Source of the DNA: Desulfobulbaceae bacterium UBA5121
GTDB lineage: Bacteria; Desulfobacterota; Desulfobulbia; Desulfobulbales; UBA5123
DNA: 64,000 bases
NCBI GenBank assembly: GCA_002414225.1
Contig: DHYV01000042.1
Coordinates: forward strand, 20,878-84,877
Direction of reading: 5' to 3'
Of this stretch, positions 18,605-27,452 are shown in pieces. How positions within the stretch are numbered: the stretch's first letter is position 1; each line of letters opens with the position of its first letter. A model generated the notes under the pieces. That model was not told the DNA's origin. It did no database searches and saw only the letters and a list, made by a program, of their open reading frames with translations. A program made the position numbers and the translations under genes.

Positions 18605-18647
18605 CAAAAGGCCCGGCTTCCGTAACACATGGAAGCCGGGCCTTTTC
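18605..18647. terminator. Bidirectional rho-independent terminator
   Basis: AAGGCCCGGCTTCC / GGAAGCCGGGCCTT stem flanked by an A-run and a T-run, between convergent genes. Confidence 0.7.
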
Positions 18648-18735
18648 TCTTTCCAGAACCGGGGCAGACAGTCACATCTCCTGCCAGGCGGGCGCACCGC
18701 TGCCGCCGGCAAAGGCGCCGCCCGAGGCCCGGCAA

Positions 18736-19017
18736 TCAGTACCGTCGCGGCCGGCGGGCGTTCTTGCGACCCCGTTTCTGCGGCTGGACCTGATTCACCT
18801 TGATGGTCCGTCCCTGCATATCGGTTTTGTTCAATGCCTTGATCACCTGATCGGCCTCCGAGTTGTTCGGCATTTCCACAAAACCGAATCCTTTGGACTG
18901 ACCGGAAAAGCGATCCTTGACCAGAGATACGCTCGCCACCTCGCCGTATTGGGAAAAAATTTCACGCAGCTCCTCCTCGCTGACCCCATGCGGCAGGTTT
19001 CCGACATAGATATTCAC
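18736..19017 (-). CDS. RNA-binding protein (RRM domain)
   Basis: NIYVGNL (RNP2) and KGFGFVEM (RNP1). GTG start at 19017 behind AGGGGAG; the longer track ORF is not supported. Confidence 0.8.
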   Translation of the reverse strand: MNIYVGNLPHGVSEEELREIFSQYGEVASVSLVKDRFSGQSKGFGFVEMPNNSEADQVIKALNKTDMQGRTIKVNQVQPQKRGRKNARRPRRY

Positions 19018-19314
19018 TGAACACTCCCCTGTATGTTGGTTAATCTTGCACCACCTCATCAAACGGAAACGATGACCAGACGGCAACACCTCAAAAATAT
19101 CTGCCCGATTGCAGCGGGTTCCCGCGGAATCCGGAGAGCAGCAATCCCGGTCATCACCGATGGCGCATGAAAACAGAGGAGAGCACGAGCAAGATGTCAT
19201 TTATAGTATGGGAGGAGCAGAAAAGCGAGAGAGATTTCCCGAAACAGCCTTATCCCCCTGCAAAATGAAGAAGGGGCGTCCCAGCAGGGGAGGGCAGGGC
19301 GGCGGTCGCGCTCC

Positions 19315-19758
19315 CTACAGCAGGGCATCGAGCTTATGGATCAGGAGCTGCTCCGGCACCGCGCCGGCCATCTGGTCCACCAGTTGGCCGTTCTTGAAAA
19401 AGAGGAACGAGGGCACGCCGCGGATACCGAACTGACTGGCCACGGCCGGATTGGCCATGGTGTTGAGCTTGGCGACAATGGCCCGGCCATGGTACCTGGC
19501 GGAGAGGTTGTCGACCACCGGCATCATGGCCCGGCAGGGGCCGCAGGTGGGCGAATAGAAGTCCACCAGCACCGGCAGGGCGGCGTTCATGACCAGGCCG
19601 TGGAAGCTGCCGTCGCCAAGCTCTACGGCCGGCAACCGCAGGCCGCCCAAGTCGAGTTCGGCCCCGCATTTGCCGCATTTGGGCTTGAGGTGCCGCTTCG
19701 CGGCCGGGATCCTGTTCTTGGCGCTGCACCTGCCACAAGGGATAATGGTATCGTTCAT
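19315..19758 (-). CDS. trxC: Thioredoxin 2-like (TrxC type, N-terminal zinc finger)
   Basis: CGRC...CGKCG zinc finger followed by a thioredoxin fold with active site SPTCGPC. AAGGAGG RBS before ATG 19758. Confidence 0.75.
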   Translation of the reverse strand: MNDTIIPCGRCSAKNRIPAAKRHLKPKCGKCGAELDLGGLRLPAVELGDGSFHGLVMNAALPVLVDFYSPTCGPCRAMMPVVDNLSARYHGRAIVAKLNTMANPAVASQFGIRGVPSFLFFKNGQLVDQMAGAVPEQLLIHKLDALL

Positions 19759-19849
19759 GGCTGGCAACCTCCTTGGCATCCGTAACAGTGGGTTTGCTTG
19801 AAAGATAACGATAAGCACCCCGGCCCGGCAGGACAAGACGACCACGACC

Positions 19850-20098
19850 TCATCGGCGCCAATCGCCATCGTAGAGGATCAGCTCCCATCTGTCGCTGGC
19901 CACGTCGTGGCGCAGGATATAGAGGGCATGGTCATCGCCGCGCACCTTGAAGTAGCGATGGTCGGGGGCGAGCCACCGGTCCGCCACCTCTGTCACCGCG
20001 ATGCGGCGGGCACCGATGGTGAAGTGCGTCGGGGTCTCTTCCCCCCGGTAGCCGGCGTAACAGCCGACCTTGATCTCGATGGTGGTGCCGGTCGCCAT
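19850..20098 (-). CDS. Hypothetical protein, 82 aa
   Basis: ORF only, sitting upstream of and co-oriented with trxC. No family recognised. Confidence 0.4.
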   Translation of the reverse strand: MATGTTIEIKVGCYAGYRGEETPTHFTIGARRIAVTEVADRWLAPDHRYFKVRGDDHALYILRHDVASDRWELILYDGDWRR

Positions 20099-20261
20099 TC
20101 CGTCCTCCGAACAAAGTGCGCCACTCTAAGGCTCATGGCGTCAGGGTAGCCGGTCGAGGCCACCGCTGGCCACGATTATTTCCTGCCACGGCGGGCCTTA
20201 CGGACCTGCGGAGTTTTTTCCTTTTGCACCGCAGCGGCCGAGCCGGGTATGATCTGAGGCC

Positions 20262-21293
20262 ATGGAAAACCTGAGCCACATCCTTACCCTCTTCACCAGC
20301 GCCGGCCGAGTCCTCATGGGCCTGCTCCTCGCCGTGGCCACTGCCGGCGGCGTCTGGGGACTTGCCAACCTCTGTCGTCGCGACCCCCTGCTGCCCCGGC
20401 TCTCCGGCCCCCTGCTCGCCACCGCCACCGCCCTGATGGCCTTGGGCTTCCTGCTCATCGCCTGGCTCCACGTCGAGATCCACCGACTGCTCCCCCTCAC
20501 CCTGCCCGCCGAACTCGTGCCCTGGCTCAACCGGCAGCTCGCGGCCGCAAACCAGGGCAGCCCCTACGGGCTCCCCCTCTACGACCCGGCGGCCCCGCCC
20601 CGCTACGTGCTGCCCCTGTGGATCGAAAACGAGAAATACTTCTTCTGGTTCCTCTGCTCAACCGGCATGGCCCTAGTGGCCCACCGTCGGCTCACCCAAC
20701 ACCGCTTTCGCGCCGCACTCCTGCTGCTCGCCGCGGTGCAGGTGGCGGTGCTCTTCTTTACCACCAATCCCTTTGTGGAGCCGCTCGCCCGCTTTTTCGC
20801 CGAGGTCCGGCCGTGGTTCGCGGCCACCGACCCGTGGCAGCAGTTCAGCCTCTTCATGCAGCTCTACCCGCGGATGGTCTTCTACTACAACGCCCACTAC
20901 ATGTGGCTCCACCCGCCGCTCCTCTTCCTCTCCTACGCGGCCATCACCCTGGTCTTCATCACCTCCTGCCTGATGCTCGCCCGCCGCGAGGTGGATGTGG
21001 AGGCCCTGGGTTACGACTTCGCCAAGCTGGGCTTCCTCGCCCTCACCCTCGGCATGCTCCTCGGCTACCCCTGGGCGCTTCAGGCATGGGGACCAAACTG
21101 GTGGTGGGATCCCAAGATCTGCAGCTCGATCATGCTCTGGGCGGTATTCAGCACCTACCTCCACACCCGACTTTACGCCAACAAGCCGCACATGTGGTAT
21201 TTCTCCTCCATCCTGGGCATCCTCTCCTTCGTGGCCATGCTCTTCACCCTGCTCGCCTCCTACTATTTCCCAGGCGAGCATACCTTCCAGTGA
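20262..21293 (+). CDS. Cytochrome c assembly protein, CcsA/ResC family
   Basis: Polytopic membrane protein with the tryptophan-rich haem-handling motif WGPNWWWDPKICSSIMLW plus a downstream conserved His (TYLHT). Confidence 0.65.
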   Translation: MENLSHILTLFTSAGRVLMGLLLAVATAGGVWGLANLCRRDPLLPRLSGPLLATATALMALGFLLIAWLHVEIHRLLPLTLPAELVPWLNRQLAAANQGSPYGLPLYDPAAPPRYVLPLWIENEKYFFWFLCSTGMALVAHRRLTQHRFRAALLLLAAVQVAVLFFTTNPFVEPLARFFAEVRPWFAATDPWQQFSLFMQLYPRMVFYYNAHYMWLHPPLLFLSYAAITLVFITSCLMLARREVDVEALGYDFAKLGFLALTLGMLLGYPWALQAWGPNWWWDPKICSSIMLWAVFSTYLHTRLYANKPHMWYFSSILGILSFVAMLFTLLASYYFPGEHTFQ

Positions 21294-21302
21294 GTTGCGG
21301 CC

Positions 21303-21920
21303 GTGCGACCCCGCTCCGTCTCTTACGACTATGTCCTCATCCTGGCCACCGTGGCGGTACTCTTCGCCATCTCGGTCCTCTGCATTTACGGCATGTTCGC
21401 CTTCAAATTCGCCCAGATCCAGAACCTGCCGCCGGCGGCCAAGCTCGCCCACATGGAGCGGCTGAACCGCCTCGCCGCCCCGCTGATCATCGCGCTGATC
21501 ACCCTGCTTGGCATCTGCATCCCCAAACGGCTACTGCCAACCCGCTGGCTCAACCGCTTCGCGGTGTTGCTGCTGGCCACGGCCGGCACCGTCGGCGGCG
21601 TGTACGGGGTGCGGCCGGCCCTGCTCGTCATCCTGACCGCCTCGCTCGTCCTGCAACTCGCGGTCCTTGCCCTGGCCGTGGCCGGCAGCGGCCTGCTCCG
21701 CTTCGAACGCAGCGGCTACTGGCTGCGACTTGGCTCGACCCTGATGCATCTGGGGCTGATCCTCTTCGTCCTCGACCTCTTCTTCTTCCGCCGACCCCTT
21801 CTCCACCTGGCCCTCTTCTGGACCACCACCGTGGCCACCACCGCAGGGATGCTCTGCTGTTTCTATGCCCAGCCCCTGGCCCGGCTGGTCCAGAAAAAAA
21901 AAGGGCCGCCGGCCCCCTGA
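21303..21920 (+). CDS. Hypothetical polytopic membrane protein
   Basis: ORF with about 6 hydrophobic segments, 10 bp after the ccsA-like gene. GTG start uncertain. Confidence 0.4.
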   Translation: MRPRSVSYDYVLILATVAVLFAISVLCIYGMFAFKFAQIQNLPPAAKLAHMERLNRLAAPLIIALITLLGICIPKRLLPTRWLNRFAVLLLATAGTVGGVYGVRPALLVILTASLVLQLAVLALAVAGSGLLRFERSGYWLRLGSTLMHLGLILFVLDLFFFRRPLLHLALFWTTTVATTAGMLCCFYAQPLARLVQKKKGPPAP

Positions 21921-21962
21921 CCGCGCCCCCTTTTCTCCACATCCCTGCCCAGAGGAGCCGCC

Positions 21963-22787
21963 ATGCACCGCGTCACCCCCTGCACCGACAGACTTGCTGA
22001 CCAGAAACTCGCCCACACCCTCACCGCCGCAGCCGAGGCGGCCCTGGCCGCCGGGGCGATTCTAAGAGAGCGCTACGGCAAACCCCACCAGATCACCCAC
22101 AAGGGCGCCATCGATCTGGTGACCGAGGCGGATCTCGCCGCCGAAACGGCGATCCTCGACCTGCTACGCCAACGCTGCCCGGCCATCGGCTTCCTCGCCG
22201 AGGAGTCGAGCATGCTCCCAGCGGCCATCCCCTCCGCGCCCATCTGGGTCATCGATCCCCTGGACGGCACCACCAACTTCGCCCATCACTTCCCGTGGTT
22301 CGCCACATCCATCGGCTACAGCGAGGGCGGCAGCCTCAAGGCCGGGGTGATCTATCAGCCGCTCCTGGACGAACTCTTCGTTGCGGCGCGGGGGGCTGGA
22401 GCCTGGCGCAACGGCGAGGCGATCCGGGTGTCGCCCGTCAGCCAGCTCGCCGAGTCGCTCTGCGCCACCGGCTTTCCGTACGATATCCGCAGGACAGTGG
22501 GCGAAGTGGTGGAAGCGCTGGCCACTGTCCTGCCGGCCACGCAAGGGGTGCGCCGGGCGGGCGCCGCGGCCCTGGATCTGGCCTACGTAGCCTGCGGCCG
22601 GCTGGACGGCTTCTGGGAGATCAACCTCAAACCCTGGGATACGGCGGCGGGAGTGGTGCTCGTCGAAGAGGCGGGCGGCAGACTCACCGATTTCGGCGGT
22701 GCGCCCCACTCGCCCCTGGGACGCGAGACCGTGGCCAGCAACGGGCGCATCCACGACGCCCTCATCGCGCTGCTCGACCGCCGCTAG
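21963..22787 (+). CDS. suhB: Inositol monophosphatase family protein
   Basis: WVIDPLDGTTNF and WDTAAG motifs. Confidence 0.8.
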   Translation: MHRVTPCTDRLADQKLAHTLTAAAEAALAAGAILRERYGKPHQITHKGAIDLVTEADLAAETAILDLLRQRCPAIGFLAEESSMLPAAIPSAPIWVIDPLDGTTNFAHHFPWFATSIGYSEGGSLKAGVIYQPLLDELFVAARGAGAWRNGEAIRVSPVSQLAESLCATGFPYDIRRTVGEVVEALATVLPATQGVRRAGAAALDLAYVACGRLDGFWEINLKPWDTAAGVVLVEEAGGRLTDFGGAPHSPLGRETVASNGRIHDALIALLDRR

Positions 22788-22818
22788 CAGCAGCCGGCCT
22801 GCCCTCGCCGGCCTGGCC

Positions 22819-24684
22819 TTACCCCCCCCCGCCCTGCTGCTGCCGCAGCCGCGTCCCCAGGGCCATCTCCCGCTCCGCCTCGTCCGTCTGCCCCCTGGCT
22901 CCGTAGGCAATGCCCAGGTTGTAATGGGCCTCACCGTTGTCCGGCTCAAGTTCCACGGCCCGATTAAGCAAACGGATCGCCTCGTCCACCCTGCCGAGAC
23001 TGAAGGCCGAGACGGCCCAGTTGAGATAGAGATCCGCCGAATCGACACCCAGATCGCGGGCTCGGACGAACATCGCCAGGGCACGGGCCGACTCCCCTTG
23101 GCTTTCGAAGAGTATCCCCTTGGTGATCAAGGCATCGGAGAGATCCGGGTCGAGCAATAGGGCCAGGTCGGTTTCGGCACTGGCGCGCGACAGGTCGCCC
23201 AACCGCCAGTAAGCGATGCCGAGATTTTCGTGGATGACGGCCACGGCGCTCACCTGGGCCGCCCCGCGACCGTCGGCACGGTTGCGCCCCTCCTGGGCGA
23301 GCCCGGCCAGCAGCGTCTTCTCGGCAAGCCGGTAGTCGTCCGCCCGCAGGTAGGCACGCCCCAGGTTGGCGTAGCCCCGCACCAGTTCCGGCGCCTTGGC
23401 CACCACGTCACGCCACAGGGTTACGCTGTTGGCCCACACCTCGTTGCGCTGACGGGTGAAGAAGACCAGACCGCAGACCGCCACCGCCAGGACGAACCGC
23501 GCCACGTGGCGCAGTTCCGGCCGTGGCAGCCTAAAGGCCGTGGCCACGAGGGCCAGAAAGAGGAACATGGTGGGCAGATAGAGCCGGTGCTCGAAGACGA
23601 GTTCGAGCGGGACCACCGTGGACTCAATGATCAGGTTGGCGAGGAACCAGACAATGGCAAAGGAGGCAAGGCGCTCACGCCGGAAAAGCACCACCGCAAG
23701 CCCCACCAGCCCCACCAGGCCGAGGACGGCGAAGACGGTGGCGGGCGGCGAGAAAAGGCCGCGGGAGATGACCATGTCATGGTTCAGGCTCAACCGGGAG
23801 GGCAGGGGCCAGGCGAGAAGCCCGAGATAGAGAAAGATCACCCGGGCCTCGGTGAGCAGTCGCTCGCCCATGGTGAAGTTGCGCAACCGATACCCGTCGA
23901 GGATGGCGGAGAAGAGGTCACGGCCCAGGAAGAGCAGGGCCGCCGCGGCAACCACCAGCAGGGCGGTCAGCCCGCCGGCCACCAGCCGCCGCCTCTGCTC
24001 CGCCGTCCCCTCGCTGAAAAAGTAAAATTCGTAGGCCACCACCATCACCGGCAGCATGGCGGCGTTCTCCTTGCTGGCCAGAGCCAGGAGCGCACTCACC
24101 AGCCCTGCGGCAAACCAGCCCCAACGGCGGCGGGGCGCCGCCGCCGTGCGGCCCCTGACGTAACAGCAGAGGGCCCCGAGGTAGAAGAGGGCGGACATGG
24201 AGGTCATCCGCTGGACGATATAGGTGACCCCGTTGGTCTGGAGCGGATGCGCGGCCCAAAGCAGAGCGGCCAGCAGGGCAATCTGCCGGCCGGTGCGCTG
24301 ATGGCGGCCTTCAAAGACCGGCAGCGCCAGGGTGGAGACGGCCAGCCAGTAAAGACAGAGGGTTACCACCAGATGAATCAGCAGATTCACCAGATGAAAG
24401 CCGAAAACCGCCGGTCCGCCGAAGTAGAAGTTGATCGCAAAGGTAAGGTTAGGCAGGGGCCGGCTCACCAGACGACCACCCTGGACCGCCTTGAAGAGTT
24501 CCATAGGAGAAAGCGACCGGACCCGCAGAATATTGGCGTGGACGATGTTGGGCATATCGTCGAAGGTAAAGGGCACCTGGAAGGAATTGGCATAAGCGGC
24601 CACCACCACCGCCGTGGCAAGCAGGAGCACCAGCAACGGCCAGAGCCGGGTGGCGAGGGAAGGGGGGGGACTGTTTTCTGCCAT
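22819..24684 (-). CDS. Polytopic membrane protein with C-terminal TPR repeats (PMT_2/TMTC-like putative glycosyltransferase)
   Basis: N-terminal FTFDDMPNIV, the HPLQTNGVTYIVQRMTSMSALFYL block, about 10 TM segments, then TPR repeats (AYLRADDYRLAEK..., GIAYGARGQTDEAE). ATG 24684 chosen. Confidence 0.6.
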   Translation of the reverse strand: MAENSPPPSLATRLWPLLVLLLATAVVVAAYANSFQVPFTFDDMPNIVHANILRVRSLSPMELFKAVQGGRLVSRPLPNLTFAINFYFGGPAVFGFHLVNLLIHLVVTLCLYWLAVSTLALPVFEGRHQRTGRQIALLAALLWAAHPLQTNGVTYIVQRMTSMSALFYLGALCCYVRGRTAAAPRRRWGWFAAGLVSALLALASKENAAMLPVMVVAYEFYFFSEGTAEQRRRLVAGGLTALLVVAAAALLFLGRDLFSAILDGYRLRNFTMGERLLTEARVIFLYLGLLAWPLPSRLSLNHDMVISRGLFSPPATVFAVLGLVGLVGLAVVLFRRERLASFAIVWFLANLIIESTVVPLELVFEHRLYLPTMFLFLALVATAFRLPRPELRHVARFVLAVAVCGLVFFTRQRNEVWANSVTLWRDVVAKAPELVRGYANLGRAYLRADDYRLAEKTLLAGLAQEGRNRADGRGAAQVSAVAVIHENLGIAYWRLGDLSRASAETDLALLLDPDLSDALITKGILFESQGESARALAMFVRARDLGVDSADLYLNWAVSAFSLGRVDEAIRLLNRAVELEPDNGEAHYNLGIAYGARGQTDEAEREMALGTRLRQQQGGGG

Positions 24685-24939
24685 GAGTATCCTCTTTATC
24701 GGGGTCGCGCCAAGTGAAGCCTTCCACGGGGCAGCAGGGCAAACCTTTGCCGAAGACCGTGAGCTGACGTCTTGCCGGGCGGAGGGGAAACCAGCCCGGC
24801 TCGGGGATTTGGACAAGGCTGTAATGAAATCCGCCGGCGTGAAAGCAGAGGCCTTTTCCCGCGCAATGGGGTACTATAAAGCGGCAAACGCTTCCTGGGT
24901 CAACCAAATTCCTTTCCCATTCCTGCGACGAGGACCGAC

Positions 24940-26556
24940 GTGTCGGCTCAACCCCGCTCCGCCCGACTCTCCGCCCTGCTCTTCCTGCTTCTCGGCGTTC
25001 TTGCCTACAGCAATACCCTGCGGGTACCCTTCATCCTCGACGACACCTTCAACATCGTCGAGAATCCCGCCATCCGCCTGACCTCGTTTTCCGGCCCGGA
25101 CCTGTGGCGAACGCTCACCGCCGAGCCCATGCCGACCCGCCCGCTCGCCTACCTCTCCTTTGCCCTCAACTACCTGGCCCACGGCTACTGGCTGCCGGGC
25201 TACCATCTGGTGAATCTGGCCATTCACATCGTGACCGGCTTCCTGCTCTACCTGCTCTTTGCCAAAACCCTTGCCCTGGCCGGGGCGACGGACGACACCG
25301 ACCGCTTTCCCAATGCGGCCTTCTGGGCAGCGCTGCTGTGGCTGCTGCATCCGTTGCAGACCAACGGGGTCACCTATATCGTCCAGCGGATGACCTCCAT
25401 GTCCGCCCTCTTCTACCTCACGGCCATGCTCTGCTACCTCGCCGGCCGCACCTCGGCCGCCCCAGGCCGCCGCCTGGGCTGGTATGCGGCCACCGGCCTG
25501 GCGGGTCTCGCCGCCCTGGCCAGCAAGGAGATCGCCGCCACCCTGCCGCTCACTCTCTTCCTCTACGAGTGGTACTTTCTGCAACACCTCGACCGCGCCT
25601 GGCTCAAGGCGCGGCTGCCGCTGCTGGCGGCCGTGGCGACCGCCTTTGCCCTGCTGGCCCTCTTCTTCCTGGGCGCCCACCCCCTGGCGACAATCCGCGC
25701 CACCTATGCCCACCGCTCCTTCACCCTGGGCGAACGGCTGCTCACCGAGCCCCGGGTGATCTTCCTCTACCTGGGGCTGCTTGGCCTGCCGCTTCCCTCC
25801 CGGCTCACCCTGGAACACGACATCGCCGTCTCCCACGCCCTCTTTACGCCTCCCACCACGGCCCTGGCCATCATCGGCCTCGCCGCCCTGGTGGTGGCCG
25901 CGGCGGGGATCAGACGCCGGCAACCGCTTCTCTCCTTTGCCATCGTCTGGTTCCTCGTCAATCTGGTCATCGAGTCGTCGGCCATCGGGCTCGAGCTGGT
26001 TTTCGAGCACCGGCTCTACCTGCCCACCATGTTCCTCTTCTTGGCGGCCGTCACATCCTGCCACCGCTGGTGCACCGCGCCCCGTCTTCGCCTGTTCCTT
26101 CTCGTCGCCCTCGCCACCACCCTCTGCCTCTGGACCTGGCAGCGCAATCAGGTCTGGACCGATCCCATTCGCTTCTGGAGCGACTGTGTGGCCAAGGCGC
26201 CCGCGAAGTCGCGGCCCCGCAACGAATTGGGCCTCGCCTACTACGACCAGGACCGGCTCACCGAGGCCCTGCCGCTTTTTGCCGAAGCGGCGCGGCTCGA
26301 CCCGTCCAACGCCGACGCCTTCTACAACATGGCCAACGTCCTCTGCCGGACGGGCCGCTACCCCGAGGCGGCACCTGCCTACGTCGCCGCCCTGCGTCTG
26401 ACCCCCACTGATCCCGATATCCACAACAACCTTGGCTATGTCCTGGAGCAACTGGGCCAGCGACGTCAGGCGTTCCGTCAATACCAACTCGCCCTCGAAC
26501 TCGACCCCGGCCATCCCGAGGCCCGCCGCAATCTGCGGCGGCTGCTGGACCACTGA
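24940..26556 (+). CDS. Paralogous polytopic membrane/TPR protein (PMT_2/TMTC-like)
   Basis: Shares the identical block HPLQTNGVTYIVQRMTSMSALFYL and overall architecture with 22819-24684. Divergently oriented. GTG start. Confidence 0.6.
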   Translation: MSAQPRSARLSALLFLLLGVLAYSNTLRVPFILDDTFNIVENPAIRLTSFSGPDLWRTLTAEPMPTRPLAYLSFALNYLAHGYWLPGYHLVNLAIHIVTGFLLYLLFAKTLALAGATDDTDRFPNAAFWAALLWLLHPLQTNGVTYIVQRMTSMSALFYLTAMLCYLAGRTSAAPGRRLGWYAATGLAGLAALASKEIAATLPLTLFLYEWYFLQHLDRAWLKARLPLLAAVATAFALLALFFLGAHPLATIRATYAHRSFTLGERLLTEPRVIFLYLGLLGLPLPSRLTLEHDIAVSHALFTPPTTALAIIGLAALVVAAAGIRRRQPLLSFAIVWFLVNLVIESSAIGLELVFEHRLYLPTMFLFLAAVTSCHRWCTAPRLRLFLLVALATTLCLWTWQRNQVWTDPIRFWSDCVAKAPAKSRPRNELGLAYYDQDRLTEALPLFAEAARLDPSNADAFYNMANVLCRTGRYPEAAPAYVAALRLTPTDPDIHNNLGYVLEQLGQRRQAFRQYQLALELDPGHPEARRNLRRLLDH

Positions 26557-26809
26557 GCCGCACTCCAGGGGCACCGAAGCCCAGAGTTTCGGGTTGCTCG
26601 CTTCCCTGCTTTGAAGTCTGCGCTTTTCTGCCTCGCGGCACATCACCTCCCCCCTGAGGGAGCCTCCGACACGCGGCGCGAACGGCAAAGAGGCCCCTGC
26701 CCCCCGGCCCTACCAACCTTTTCTTGCCTTCCGCTCCGCGACCGGGTAAAGAAGAGGGCGGAAATTTCAGCGTTTACCGAAACACTTTACTTCCCGCCTC
26801 CCCCTGCCC

Positions 26810-27424
26810 ATGCCACGACGCACGAAACCAGAACCGATCCCCCCGGGACTGCCGGTGCTGCGAAGCATCGCCATGGAACTCGGCCACAGCGAACCCGTGA
26901 TCCCGGCCGGCCGCGACCCCTTTCGCCGCCCCATGTCGCAGAGCGAGTGGCTCGCCGCCGCGGCCGCCTTCCGGGCGAGTGCCGGCCATACCGACCGGCT
27001 CCGCTTCGCCTTTCTTGCCCAGGGCGTCCGCGAGGGGCTGCTGTGGACCGACGAGGTCATGGACCGCTACTGCGCCGCCACCTGCCCCCACTGCGATGAC
27101 CCTTGCTGCAGCGCCGACGGCATCTACTACGACCGCGCCGATCTCCTCTACCTCATCGGCCTCGACGCCGACCTGCCCATGAGCCAGATCAGGGAACGGG
27201 CCGGCGCCCCCTGCCGTTATCTCGCCGCCGAAGGCTGCATCCTGCCCAGGATGTGCCGGCCCTTCATCTGTACCTGGTACCTCTGCGAACCCCAGATGGC
27301 CCTCCTTGAGGCAGAGCCCCTCCCCTTCCAGAAACAGTTCACCGCCATCATGCAGGCGGTACGCCGCTGCCGCCTCCAACTCCTCGCCCTCGCCGCCGCG
27401 GTTCCCGCCGACCGAAGGGCCTGA
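26810..27424 (+). CDS. Cysteine-rich hypothetical protein (possibly YkgJ-like)
   Basis: CPHCDDPCC and CRPFICTWYLC motifs. Start uncertain. Confidence 0.35.
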   Translation: MPRRTKPEPIPPGLPVLRSIAMELGHSEPVIPAGRDPFRRPMSQSEWLAAAAAFRASAGHTDRLRFAFLAQGVREGLLWTDEVMDRYCAATCPHCDDPCCSADGIYYDRADLLYLIGLDADLPMSQIRERAGAPCRYLAAEGCILPRMCRPFICTWYLCEPQMALLEAEPLPFQKQFTAIMQAVRRCRLQLLALAAAVPADRRA

Positions 27425-27452
27425 TGGCGTCGCTGCCGCGCGGCCTCGGCGC

